Source: Camelus dromedarius (taxonomy: Eukaryota). Taken from it: a stretch of DNA of 64,000 nucleotides. A model generated the notes under the pieces. The model was not told where the DNA came from, made no database searches, and saw nothing but the letters and a program-made list of their open reading frames with translations. The number at the start of each line of letters is the position of its first letter. The stretch's first letter is position 1. Location: positions 3,596,001 through 3,660,000 of the forward strand of contig NC_087437.1 of assembly GCF_036321535.1 (NCBI RefSeq). Reading direction: 5' to 3'. Below, in pieces: positions 23,431-36,665 of this stretch. The position numbers and the translations under genes were made by a program.

Positions 23431-26400
23431 AAGGTCTTGGTTGAACAAATGACTGTGTCCAGGTACAGAATATTGTGCAAACATTTAGATGAGATGTAGA
23501 TATACTGTGTTGATACAGAGCAATGCTCTCTTTTGCTAAGTGAAAAAAAAAGCAGGTTGTAAACTTCTTTATAGTATTATTATCTTTGCCATAACAAATA
23601 CACCTAGAAGGGTATATAAGGCACTTAGCACATTGGCTGTCTAGCACAGAGTGAGCGCCCCGCAGAGGTAGCTCCTCCTGGTTCTGCTGCTGCTGCTGCA
23701 TCGCGCCATTTCTAAAATCTGCCACGCCAGACCGACGTTCTCCACAGGGTTTGTAGCAGTCACTTCATGCTCATCACTGAAAAAATGTATTAATACTCCA
23801 ACTGACTGCAGGTTTTCCACCTTCAGCTGAAAGCTTTTCCACCCTCAGCTTCTGCTGAGTGAAAACAGTGACACCTGTGCTCACCCCCAGGAAGCTGAAG
23901 CTGCCCAACACTTGCTTCTGAATCCGCTCGGAACCGCCCAGACCCTGCGCAGGTGAGTGGAACGGGCTTCCTTGCCCCAGAGCTTCCTTCACGAGAGCAG
24001 CTGACGGGGCTGCTGGCTGCCAGCCACTTGCAGGCCCCCCATCAGCACAGGAACCACTGCCAGGCTGGCCTGTATTTCTTCCCTTCCTAAATCCTTCACC
24101 GGAAGACAGGCTTGCTTCCCTCCCCACCCTCTTCCCCTGTCCACCCTGGGAATGCTCCTCTGTGAGGTGCTGGTTCCTCCCTGTCTTCTCCCTGTGGCTA
24201 AGCCTCATCTTACATTTCCGTCCAAGCTCACTACAGCCTGACTCCAATGCTGGGTGTGAACTAGACTCCTCCAGTTCCCCTGTCCAGCCAACTGCCATAT
24301 CAGGTCCCTGAGCAAAACCCAGAGAGCTTCTCAGTACACTCTGACACCCATACTGTTCCCACACCATTGCCTCCACTTAAGTCAGCCAAAGAATGTAGGG
24401 CCATCTGGTTGACCTCTCACAATAAGACAAATAAAGCCAACAGTGGAACAGTCTGTTTCCTTTCTGTTTAATTACAGCACCACTATTCCAATAGTATTGT
24501 CCTTTCTTTGTCCTACGAAAATAATAAATTCTAACTATTGAACTTCAATAAATCAATTTAAAAGCTGGCCTAGGAACTCAATTCATATATTTTTCCTGTG
24601 GGGGAAAAAAGTTTCAGTAATTCCTTATACAAATCAGCAGTGTTCAAAGTATTGTCCTCAGTGAACCTAATTATCTTATCTTTCCAAAAAGAACTAATTA
24701 TAAACCTTTAGAATCTAACTCACTTTTAAGAAAGGGACTTCCTGTACTTGATTGCTATAAATAAATGAATCCCAAAAGGTTTAAGCAGATTGCAGGAGGA
24801 TAAGGTTACATATGGGCAACCAGTAACAGATGAAAATAGAATTAGTATCATGCCAGTTCTTCTTCTTTGAGCATTATAAATAAATATGTACAGTTATTAA
24901 TGCTAAAGCAAAACATCTGTCAATTATTCAGAAGTGTTTACAGTCCTACAAAAATATTCCACAGTAAACAGATGCAACACACTGAGATTCAGAGGAAAGG
25001 TTCTCAACTCCATTCAACCTAAATTCTCTAAGAGTGTCTCCCAAAGCTTACTCATCACACCTATATATCTGCCACTATAATTTATAGTTCTCTGTTATTT
25101 TTTCCACTTTAGGTTCAGCAATAGAAATTTCACTACCAGATAAGCCTGTTTTAATTCAGATACAACCAAGGTAATTACTAAATTCATTAAAAAAAAGTAG
25201 TTATTTGGGGTCAGGATGATGATAAATCCTTAGCTTGTACTCGCTTCATGAATAGTTTGTAACCTCTGCAAGGAGAACTAACCTAATGCTTGCAAAAATA
25301 CACTAAAATTCTCCCACATTTTTATATCTTGGAGGTGTTAACTTTTTCAAGTTTTGCCTGCATCAGATATGATTTTTGTAAGCCTAAAATGTTATAGTGA
25401 TACTGTCTGATATGCCTATGGTTCTTTATGCAATACTAGGAGCAGTTTTTTCAAAAAGAGGTAAGCCAGACACAGCTGAGGTGAAGGAGTCTATGCTTCC
25501 TCCCCACTCTGTGGGTTCTGCTGCCTCCGTGTTCTGGGAGACAGCCAACTGATTTGGTAAGCAGATGTAGCTACCTGTCAAAAGAAGCCAGCTTTCTTGC
25601 TATATGTAACTCCAAAGACTTAAATGATAAACTTCACAAATTAATTTACTCTTAATTCAAGTGACATGATGTAACATCTTCCTGAGATACCATATAACCT
25701 TAATCATGAAATTTTATGTTTAAATCTATTTTTAAATGTCCCTAATAATAACAAAAAGTGTGAAGAGAGATACAGGTATGTAACTCAAATTCAATCCAAA
25801 GCTCAAGACTGATTTTCCCTACCTGGAGAAAGTTACCCCAAAAAGAGCAAGAAGGTTTCCCCTGAGGGGCAGGAATCCTGTCACTTTGGATTTTACACTC
25901 TAAGGGCTGTTGCACAGTCACGGGCAAACAGTAGGTGGTCAATGAAGAAAATTTACAGCAACATTCATCTGGACACACCTTTGTGGCTTTTGTCTGGTTT
26001 TGTTTATGTTTTTGGAGGGAATCAGGACGGCTGTGATAGAGGACAGATGAGAGGCAAAGTGCACGAGACCACGAGGATGGAAACTAGTTAACAGTGAAAA
26101 AGCCTCTGGAGAACGAAGAGTGAACTGAAGGGACAGGATGGACAAGAGACGCCCCAGCCAGCCCCAGTCCTGACAGTGCTCTCTCCCAGGGAGGGACCAG
26201 CACAAGAACAGGAGTGATGACTTCTGTGAAATAGCAAGGCACCAGCCCTGTTCTGCTTATTTCCCCTAACCAGAGACAAGGTAGCTTTCCACTTGATCCT
26301 CTTTTGAAGAGCCAAGTGGGCACAATCTTTCGCACGCTCATCTTTGAAAGCTCAGAACTACTTAAGTTGATTTGCATACAAAAATTATTTACTTAATTAA

Positions 26401-27099
26401 CAAGCTCTCAGCTAAATTGTCCTTTCAACCCTTAACAAGTTGAAAATTACATAAGATTCCTCTTCAAAGGAAAGGAAATTGTCCCCAAATAGGATCTAGT
26501 GCTAACAACAGACTACAATTTTCCACAAGGCTTTTGCACTGAGATTTAAACTGGTTCCATGATGATGAAGAAGAAATTCCTTTGGGACAGAGCTCAGAGA
26601 AGCTGAGAAATCTCAGATGCCTCTATCACTGAAAACCCAGAATTTTAAACATTTATCCTTAAGGCTAATATCTTTGGTAAAAATTCTTAAAAGCAACAAG
26701 AAGACAAAAAAATAAAGGAAAACTTCAGAGGTGGAAGTTAACCTTAAAATGAAATAAAGCACAGTGTTTAGAATTATAAATGCTTTATGTAATAGGCTAG
26801 CAGAAACATATCAAAATTTAATGTTTATGATACATTAAGTACTTTCCCTTGTGGTTCAAGAAGAAAAAATCCAAACCAACCAGTTAATCTATGAATAAAG
26901 AGAATTTTTGAAATCAGTTTAATGGAATATATCAAGTTCTAAATCCAAAAGACCTTCTTTCATACTGGTCACAGAATAACTCATACTGAAAGCAATAAAG
27001 TGAGTAGATGTAGTAAGTAAAAGAGCCTCAAAACAAAATGCACTGTTTTCTCAGGGCAGCAGATACGTACATCACCCAGACCGGCCCAGGCCCACTCAC

Positions 27100-27226
27100 C
27101 AGATGTCAGACTTTGTGTCGTAGCCCTGGTGTTTCAGAGCCTCTGGACTCATATAATGGGGAGTTCCAGCTAAAGTGGTGGCGAGATCGCAGGAGCCCAC
27201 TAGGAGTCGGGAAACTCCAAAATCCC
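27100..27226 (-). CDS. NEK11: NEK11 exon D (127 nt): DFG and activation segment
   Basis: Acceptor TATTTCAAG|G, donor CTG|GTGAGT. Encodes (G)DFGVSRLLVGSCDLATTLAGTPHYMSPEALKHQGYDTKSDI(W). Confidence 0.95.
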
Positions 27227-28152
27227 CTTGAAATAGTAATTAATTTTTGTGAATACTTTGAAATATAAATCAGCACTGGAAATTAACAAGAGTGTCTAAT
27301 TTGACAATTCTAATATGCAATGATTCATACCATTTTAAAGGGAAGAAAAGTTACACATTTTAAATTACACAATACTGGTGAATAGCTTTAAAAATAAAAG
27401 CCTTACAGGAGAAAGAAGACTTTAAAGCCAGGAAAGTGAATTACGTAAGCTAAAACTTTTTATTTCTGGAATTACGGAAAACCAGTAACTTGAAACAAAA
27501 AGCTACTTCAAGTCTGAATAACAACAAACAGAATGATTCTGGTAGCACTGAATGTAATGATTTGCAATTTTATCTGGTGGTGGGGTGAGTTGCTCTTCAT
27601 TTACAATAAAGAAGAAATTTTAAATAAGAAACCTGAGACTTTTCAAGAACATGACTATAAAATTTTGACTCTATCAGCTTCCGTACAGTTGCCTAATTAG
27701 TTGCATGCTTTTATGCCTTTCCCTCTAAGAACGTATCACATGAAGACAAACAATCCAGTAACTATCACGGGTGGAGGTATAGTTCTGAAGGACAACTAAC
27801 TATCAACATTTTAATTATCTGTGATAACTGCTAATTGCTTATGATAAAATCAATGGGTAGGGTGGGCACCTGTAGTAATTGAACTAGTAAAACAATGTCT
27901 AACCACTTGTTAGTAGTTAGTGTCTGGCATGGAATAGAAACTCAAAAAATATTTGCTGAATCTACCAAGTATAGAGCAAATGTTTCATATCTCAATTTAC
28001 ATCAGATAATCAGAAACAACCAAGTAAGAACAAAAATTTAAGAAGTTTTAATCAACCAATGATTATTCTAACACTTTTAGATACTTTAATTTGATACATT
28101 AATAACATCTAGAGTATATTCTCCCAAGGAATACATATTTTAAAAATCTTAC

Positions 28153-28217
28153 CAATTTTAAGTAGATTATTTTTCAGAAATATATTCTTTGATTTCAAGT
28201 CTCGATGGAGTATCCTC
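28153..28217 (-). CDS. NEK11: NEK11 exon C (65 nt): catalytic loop HRDLK
   Basis: Acceptor CCTTTTGTAG|G, donor TTG|GTAAGA. Encodes RILHRDLKSKNIFLKNNLLKI(G). Confidence 0.95.
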
Positions 28218-28759
28218 CTACAAAAGGCAAAAAAGAATACAAAATTTCATGCAAAATATAAAAATTTAAAACCCAAATATAAATAATACATATGAGTGAT
28301 GGTGAAGTGATTCACATGTAAACATATAATCCTAGAGATACATCTTTCAATGTTTAAAATCTTCAAAGACACCACCACATTTTCTAATTTCCCTGAGAAA
28401 ACAGGCGTTTCAAACCAAAGGCTTTAAAAGGAGGGGAACGTGTAGTTGGGAGAAGCATGATGTACTTCCAACTATTTCAGTAGGACAGACTCTACTGTGT
28501 TTCTGTAGCGTGACCTACGTAGTACTGTATGCAGTGCCCATACACCCAGCTCACAGAGCAATTATCACAGAGCTTTATCACCTATTACAGACTATATATA
28601 ATCTAGGACATAGTATGTATATTATAATCCAATTGTTCAGGCTTTATATACATGTGGAAATTATGTTGATGATGGTATTTATTTATGGGCAAAATTTATT
28701 ATTAATTAATTATAACATTAATTCTTACTATAAACCAGCAATGTAAATTATGTCAGTTA

Positions 28760-31700
28760 AGACTTGCATTTCTGAAATTATGAAGAACTAGACAACTTGA
28801 AAATCTCTGCCTAAAAAGAAAAAAACTAAAAATATTGAATAAAGTATATGAGTATCTTCACATATATACAGCTGAGCCCACAAGAAAATGAGACAAATGC
28901 CTGGGGGTTATACAAAAAGCAAACTGAAAATCAGAGGGAGCAGTAGGTGCTGATTTCTCAGCAGCTCTAAGGAGCTCAGAATCCATAAGAGCCAAGACCT
29001 TGAGTCCCTGAAACATGGAAAGTGGGAACTAATATCACTACATAAGGTCAGAATTCTTTATATGGTCCACTTCTTAAGTGAAAATATGACCTAAGAAACA
29101 TTCACTCACAAGTAAACAAAATGAAAATAAAGCTTATCTGAACTCTGAGTGGGGAAAAAAAAAAACTCCCTTCATATTTTGTAACCAAATCTCTCTGCCC
29201 ATTCACATTTGAAATTCAAATATGCAATAGCTGCACAGCTTAAGAAAGCCTAAACAAGGAAATTAACATAAAAATTGGCTCTCAGCTGTTTAATATCCTC
29301 TTGGGGAATCTGGCAGAAGCAAATGCAAAATAAAAGTCAGCAGATAATATATAATAAAATTAAGCCTGAGGGAATTTCAGATAATCTAATAGGATAAAAA
29401 CTAAAAAATAAGTATATTTCAAATGATTAAAATAATGGAGAATAGAAAACATAAGATAGAAACAGAATACTCTCAAAAAAAAAAAAAAAAAAGAGAGAGA
29501 GATGATGCTGGTATGAGAAACAACCAAACAGAATATCTAGGGGGAAAATGTGATTATTGGAATAAACAAAACCCTCCAAATTAAGACCTCAGCTTCCAAC
29601 TATGATGGAGTAAGCTGTTATCACACTAAATCTCCCACCATCCACAGCTGCACAGAGAACACTGAAAAATTTAAACAATATAAAATCTGGGTAAAAAATT
29701 TTTAAATAGCTCTTTGATGCTGTCAGAGGCCAGTCAAGCCAAATGAAGGCAGTGAGCACTCGGGGGGCAGACCTGGGAAGAAGGAGATGCACTGAGGTGA
29801 GCCTGATGTCTCCCACTGTGTTATCTCTCTGGCACTTGGAAGAAGCATGAGCTGTGGCCTAGACATGAGACAATTTTCACTGAGCTTGGAGGACAAAAAC
29901 TGTAGTTCTGGGCTACAAAGGCAGCCAGGACTTGAGGGGCAAATTTCCCAGAGAAAAGGGAACAGAAGAGAGGTCTGACATTCTGAATAGATTTTATCTT
30001 TGAGGCATCTGCTGAGTCCTAAACTGCTCTGGGGCAAGACATTAAGGAAAAAGCAGCTGTTACAAAGCTAAAAAACTAAACAGAGCTTTCAGTAGACTCA
30101 CAAAGCTGGAGAGGAGTCTTGGTAAATAACTAAAGCCTTCAGCTGGAAACCCTGAAGGATGAATGAAAAATAAAGGCAAACTGGAAAACCCTCCCAAAGT
30201 CTGAACTAGCCTTAAACCCTTTCAGCTCCTGACTGGATCAAGCTGACCTGCACCTACTATAACTACCAGTCGGGAAAAAAAAAAAAAAAAAAAAAATCAA
30301 ATCCTCTCCAGAGGAAGATAGTATCATCCAACATCTACACCATTTTACATACATTGTGCAACATTCACTCAGAAACTACCAGGCTTGCCAAGAGATAAGA
30401 CCAAATGAATAAAAACCAAAGGAAAAAAAGATATAGAGACAAATTCATATGTGAGCCACCAGCTGGAATTACTAGACAAGGATTTAAAAGTAACTGTGAT
30501 TAATATGTTCAAGGAAATAAATTACACAATGAGACAACTAGATTCTATAAACAATTTTAAAAATAATTTAATAGGAATTCTAGAATTGAAACAAATGACT
30601 AAAATTAAGAATTCAGTAGGTATGTTTGAAAGCAGATAAGACACGGTAGAAGGGAAGATTTAGAAACTGGAATAACGGTTAGTGAAAAATATTCAGGTTG
30701 AGGTATACACATGATAAAATGGTGAAAAACATAGCAAAGAGTGTAGGAGATATCTTAAATATGGTTAAAAGTTGTAACGTATGTGTAAACAGATCCCTTT
30801 CTAGGTTACAGAAAGAGTTCACAGAGTGAAGATGAGACATGAAAATCCAACATACATCTAACGGACACTCAAAGGAAGAAGCAAGAAGAGGAAAAATCCA
30901 CAGAGATATGAGAGATGGAAATTTTCAGAATTTAGAAAGACATGAATTCACAAGTTTGGATACAAAACAAATCTCAAGCAGAATAAAAAGAAAAGAAAGA
31001 GAGAAATCCAGAACCAGATAAAACCCTCAAATACTGGAGAACACCAGTGACAAAGAATATACTGAGAGCTAGCTAAAAGAAAAGAGATCACCTTAATAAG
31101 AATGACAATCGATGGAAAGTGACTTCTCAACATCAGTAAAAGTATCCAGAAGAACAAGGAATAATATTTTCAAAGTGTCAGAATTATGTGTTAACCTGGG
31201 ATTTTATGTCTCATAAACAACAGCTTAAATTAGGTAAATATAAAATATTTAGCTGAAATAATAGCTAGATTGAAAAGTATGAAAGAACAAGTGAAAAATA
31301 AAGACATTTTCAAGCAAACAAACAAAAACCTGATGATGTTTACCGTCCATAAGACTTAAGGGTTTATTTTGGGGAGAATGAAATGCCCACAGAAGGAAGG
31401 TCTGGGGCAGCAGAGGGCGCGTGAATGGAGAATTGATGAATGTGAGGAAATCTAAACACTGTTGGCTCAGAGACCAGTACTAATGATAATGGAATCACTA
31501 GTTAGTGAGGATTAAGAGAAAACAGAGCTGAAATCCTGAATAGCAATAATATAAAGGAAAAGAAGAATGTAATTGGAGTTAAAGTCTTCGTAATGTTCAA
31601 GAAAAGGGTGGATATGTTGATTGCTTCGAACTTCATTTATTCAAGTATGCATTTAATAATTGAAGTGTAAACACTCAAATAATACGAATAAGATGTACAA

Positions 31701-32560
31701 TTTTCAAACTAGCAGAAGAAAAGGGACATAACAAAAACATGACCGTCCAAAGAAAGTAGAAGTGGAAGAAAATAAAATGGTAGGAGTACATTCTGTATGT
31801 TGTTAATTACAAAGGACTAACATCATCAATTAAAACACAGAGAAACAGGACTGAACTATTATTTTAAAAAATGTTACAAGGAACATGTGTAAAATAATAG
31901 GACATAGAAAAGTTGAAAGTAAGAGGATAGAAAAAATATTCCAGGGAAGAGAAAGCTGGCAAAAAAGAATATTAGGTACATTAAGAATAGAGTTTTACTG
32001 CAGGGGAGGGTATAATTCAGTGGTAAGGGGTGTGCCTAGCATGTGTGAGGTCCTAGGTTCAATCCCCAGTACTGCCATTAAAAAATAAATAAGTAAACCT
32101 AATTACCTGCCCCCGCCAAAACAGTTTTGCTACATAAATGAATAAATCAGTAATTTATTGGAAAGATTTAAACATTCTGTAGTTTTGTGCAACTTATGAT
32201 ATAGGCTTCAATATATAGCAAAAATTAATGTAAATAGAAATGAAAGGAGAAATTTACAAATCCATAATCATAGTGAGAAATTTAACATCTCTCTCAGTAA
32301 TTGATAGATTCAGTAAAAGAAAAATAATAAGTACATGGATTTTGGGAACACAATTATAAATTTGAAAAATATAATTAACATGGGCTAATGCACATAAACT
32401 TAAATATTGCATAAAAATGCATGCTCTTTTAGGCACACGTGGAACGCTTTCAAAAACTGAACATGAACAAATTCAAACAGCCAAGTTTCAGCAGATTTCA
32501 AAGGGTCAGCACAGTGCAGCCCACATATACTCTGGCCTCAGTGAAATGAGAGTCCAATGA
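28760..32560 (+). mobile_element. Old degraded L1 (5' region/ORF1/endonuclease remnants, probably several pieces)
   Basis: A-rich; ORF1-like remnant LELLDKDLKVTVINMFKE...ILELK...IKNSV at 30451-30639; endonuclease-like CATAATCATAGTGAGAAATTTAACATCTCTCTCAGTAATTGATAGA near 32260. Confidence 0.7.
32003..32120 (+). mobile_element. tRNA-derived SINE (camelid Vic-1-like, long-tail form)
   Basis: A and B boxes; tail AAACCTAATTACC...CCCC; diverged TSD AGTTTTACTGCA / AGTTTTGCTACA. Confidence 0.85.
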
Positions 32561-33859
32561 GGTGCTTAGAGCAGTACCAGGTCCCGGCAATGACTGATCA
32601 AGACAGGTAAACTCTCTGTGCTCATGATACTTGGTTCTGATAAGGTAAATGGGCAGAAAATAACTAAATGAGATATGAGATATGACGTCAGCTCACAGTG
32701 AACACCATCAAAACAAGAAAGCAGACAAGAGGCGAGAGACACCCAGGGTGGGAGATGCTACGGGGGTCAGCGAAAGCCTTGGGGAAAGTGACATTAGAGC
32801 AGGGGTGTGACTGCGCCATGGTTGTAACAACACCAAGTGGTGACTGTTACTGCTCACGCTGCTATTGCTACTGTCACCACCGATACATCAGGAAGGAAAG
32901 GCTGTGCCAGGCTACCAAGCAAAGAGGAATGAGGAAAAATGAACACGAGAGCTTCTGAGTTATACAGACGACCTCCCAGGGAACAGGCCCGAACTACTGG
33001 GAGTGGTTTAACCCCCACGGTCCTGCCCCTCACTCTTCCACCCCCGCCCCCCGATCTAGACCCCCTCTTGCCCCTACTGCTGGCTGAACCACGGACAGCC
33101 CAGCACTTGGACTCCTCTCTGGCCAGCCTCCTCTTCCACCTATTCACACATCTGTAAGAAATGACCTGATGGAAGAATTTTTTTCCCAGTTGGTTAATGT
33201 ATTCATGTGAAAAAACCTAACAAAGGCATAAACAGTTATATATTTGGAATACCTTTTAAAAGGAAAAGATCTCGAGAATAATTACAAGCCAAGAAAATCT
33301 GGGCCAAGAAATTGTCACACCTCTGTGGTAGCCAATGTGGCGCTCATGTTAACTTAAATGCAGCATGACTATTCCTTCCTCAGTGTCCCTGCCTCTCAGA
33401 GTCCTATCTGTCCCTCAGGACTTCACTGGATACAAACCTCATGGACCTCCATGGAGTCCCTGACTATCTCCCTCCTTCCAAAACTCTGTCCCGCTCTGAC
33501 CCTGGAGAGCAATCAGTCACCCGCCTGGGAACGCCAGGCCCTCTGGGTCTTGCCACATCTGGTCTAGGATGAGACACCACACTAGAAGACGTGGAATCTA
33601 GCAGTCCAAGTGACCGCTTGCACATCCTGAAGCTGCAGGGGAGTTAGGTCCTTGGGGTGAAGCAGTGAGAGACAAGAGGCAGATAAGTCCCCTCCTCTCC
33701 CTCCATGGCCTGCTGCCATGTGCCTATGGGCCAAGCCACATGCTGTGTCTCTCCCCGGCTCTCTGTGATGATGACACACTTCATGGTGCTTCATCACCCT
33801 GCGTCTACACCCCAGGGAATCCTTGCCCCAGCCTGTTTCCTAGGAGCTCACGCTTCTAG

Positions 33860-33908
33860 GAAAAGGACCCTCGCTTAGAAAAGGACCCTCGCTTAGAAAA
33901 GGACCCTC
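33860..33908. repeat. Perfect 18-bp tandem repeat, 2.7 copies
   Basis: (GAAAAGGACCCTCGCTTA)2 followed by GAAAAGGACCCTC. Confidence 0.95.
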
Positions 33909-36181
33909 TCTATCACCATCTCCTAATTCCTACCCACCCTACCACCTCCAGCAAGGTAGATATGCCGCCCACCCTTCCATTCTCTTGACACCATGTTCCC
34001 CAGATGCCCAGTCACCACATTAGTGCTAAGTTATAAGCTCTACACGGTTCACATCTTACTTGTCTGCAGTGTCCCTGTAGCACTATAAACATTTAATAAA
34101 ACTGGCAGGTTGAACTTGATTGAATCCTTGGGTTTTCATGTGCCAGAGCTTTTCAAGCTATTTTTGATTGACATCTTTCTAAAATGGTCTATATAACTCC
34201 CTGACTTCACAAAAGGTATTGCTAACAACTCATACCAGGCAGAGATTACTATGGTGTATCTAATCGCCAGGCCTGAACAGGAGAGCCCCCTCTGGAGACT
34301 TAGGCTGGCAACAGGGATGAGGTTTTATAAAATGAAAATCTGCTCTTGAATTCTCAACTTACAACTTCCACGGTCCTGCACTGCTTCCGGAATAGGCTCT
34401 AAAATCCTACATACAGTCTACTGGAGGCTGCAAGATATTACCCTATCAACGCCCCCAGCAGCCTCAGCAAAAACGCAGGCCAAGTCTGTAACACCCTTCA
34501 TCCATCACTTCTTTAATCATGGTAGATACTCAGTACATGTCTGTTGATTTGAAAAACACTATCCTTGGCACAAAGATGAACACCGTCTAGTCAGATGCAT
34601 TCATGAGTCCAGAAAAACAGTGGAGTGCCAATGACACACTATGTGCTGTGCTACAAAATGTGAGCTATATAAAGATTCCTAAGACAGGGCCACGTATCCA
34701 AAAATGCTTACAATTGGGGTGGAGGGAGAAGAGAAAAGCACACAGGTAATTATAATATAGGCAGAAGGGAACCCAGCCAGCACCTCTGTTTAAAGAATTA
34801 TCCATGATTATAAATGGTTACCAATACAGACACGCACCAGGTCAAAAGGAAACTTCATTCCTGACAAGTGATGACTCTCGGGCACATATCCACAAAATTA
34901 GGTATCACCAGAAATACCAGTTTTAAAAATAAGTTATCCAGCGCAAAGCTGCAGCTGCAGCCTTTAAGGAGGAGGGCCAGGGAGAAGCCCTCACAACGTC
35001 CACAGGGGACAGGCGGACACACACCCACACCGGGCCTGTGGAGTGAGAGCCGCAGCACAGGGAAAGCCTGGGAGGGCGGTGGGGCTTCCCTCTCCACCTT
35101 AAGCCCTCGGGGGTGGGGGGTGAAGGGAGGTGGTGTGCTGTCACGTGTGAAGAGGAGAGGACAGCACAGTCTAGGCCCCTCACCAGGCAGGTCACCCCAG
35201 CGCCACTGTGTACGCCACTGTGCCCGCTGTTGGGGGAGGAAGTCAGGCTCAGAAAGGCGAGATGATGAGCACAGACTGAGGTCTGCCTGACTCTACAAAC
35301 CACTATTCCCACACGTCTAACTACAGAAACTTCACGCTTAATACATTTTCTCTCCCGCCTTTTTGTATTCCCACAGTATCTAGAGCTGGGCTAAGCGTGA
35401 GTATGTTTTGACTACTTGGTGGTTTGAGAAGAAACAGTTACATTCCACAAAGAGGGTTAAATGAAATGTGGCCTCCTCCACGTCCACGCTGGGCCCTGTT
35501 GTGGCAGGAAGTGTCGAGCACCCGCCCAGCAATCGTCCCGTTCTTCCCCTGCCGCCAGAACCGCATGAGCCTGGGGAGGCTGGGCCCTCCCCGGCCCTGG
35601 GAGGTGAGCACAGTGGGCAGGGGCTAGGGAGTGAATGTGGAGGAGGGTGTTAGAAATTAATTGAGGTGATTCCTTCTCCCTCTGGGGAGAGTGGTTTAGA
35701 TAATGTGGTGTTACAAAATTCTAGCCAATGTTAAAGTATAATTTTCAAAAAAATAAAATCATGAATATCATGCAAATACAAAATAAACATGTCGAAGATT
35801 TTTTCCAACTCATTAATTGATGAGGGATCTAAAAAGATGTTACAACAGAGTCAAAGAGCCTTTGAGAAGCTGGATTATTTATAGAAGGATATGACTGCTG
35901 GGTTGATACAAAACTGGTTAATGTCCAACAGGCTGTAAATCACATCACCAGAGTTCTCTGTTCCACTGACCAGAAATTATTTGCATCTCTACTGGACAAA
36001 AATATTCAAGATAACCTTTTCTTCTACAGGGTTATAAAATAGCCCAGACAGTAGACAGTTCAGTCCAGTGCTGTACTTGAAAGAGTACCTAGTAATTTCT
36101 TTTGCCTTTTCTAAGGTTTGGAAATTATTTCTAACACTAATGAGACATTTTAAATTATCTTTTGTAAAGTAGACCTTTACA

Positions 36182-36276
36182 TTTAATTTATTTATTTTAG
36201 AGGAGGTACTGGGGATTGAACCTAGTACCTTGTGCGTGCTAAGCATGTGCTTTACCACTTGAGCTATACCCTCCCC
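36182..36276 (-). mobile_element. tRNA-derived SINE (camelid Vic-1-like)
   Basis: Reverse complement reads GGGGAGGGTATAGCTCAAGTGGTAAAGC...GGTTCAATCCCCAGTACCTCC with A-rich tail. Confidence 0.88.
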
Positions 36277-36339
36277 ACCCCAAACACCAATAAGACATAA
36301 GAGAAATCTGCTACAAGTGGGTAGGAATTATTTCCCTAC

Positions 36340-36665
36340 TTGTATAAAAGATAAGAGGGTGACATATGCCCCTTTGACCTTTCCTGGCTGTTGGTGACTG
36401 TCGTATGAGAGTGACTCATGGTAATGTCGCACCATCGTGGTAATGTTGTACCACAAGAGGACAAGCCCTCTTCCAAAACCCAAACATGCAGGGAATGGAG
36501 GGCCAAAGAGGCAGAAAGAACCCCTGAGGGTATCACTGTGCCACTAGAGTTAGCCAGCTCTAGAACCACTTCCTTGGACACCTCTTTTTAGGTGAGAGAA
36601 GAAATTTTCTTTATTGTTTAAGCTGCTTCTGCAACTTGCAGTTACAAACATCTTAGGCTGACTCA
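36340..36665 (+). mobile_element. Old MaLR LTR (MLT1J/K-like)
   Basis: 3' end TTATTGTTTAAGC...ACTTGCAGTTACAAACATCTTAGGCTGA resembles MLT1. Confidence 0.5.

Noticed and set aside
23650..23760. CpG-rich patch with (CTG)5 encoding MQQQQQNQEE on the minus strand, possible retrocopy fragment
   Set aside because: No recognisable parent protein, poly(A) tail or TSD.
23774..24376. 200-aa minus-strand ORF, the longest in the track
   Set aside because: Non-ATG start, no recognisable domain, GC-rich intronic sequence; consistent with chance.
33860..33908. Direct repeats as a possible CRISPR-like array
   Set aside because: Head-to-tail repeats with no spacers, in mammalian DNA.
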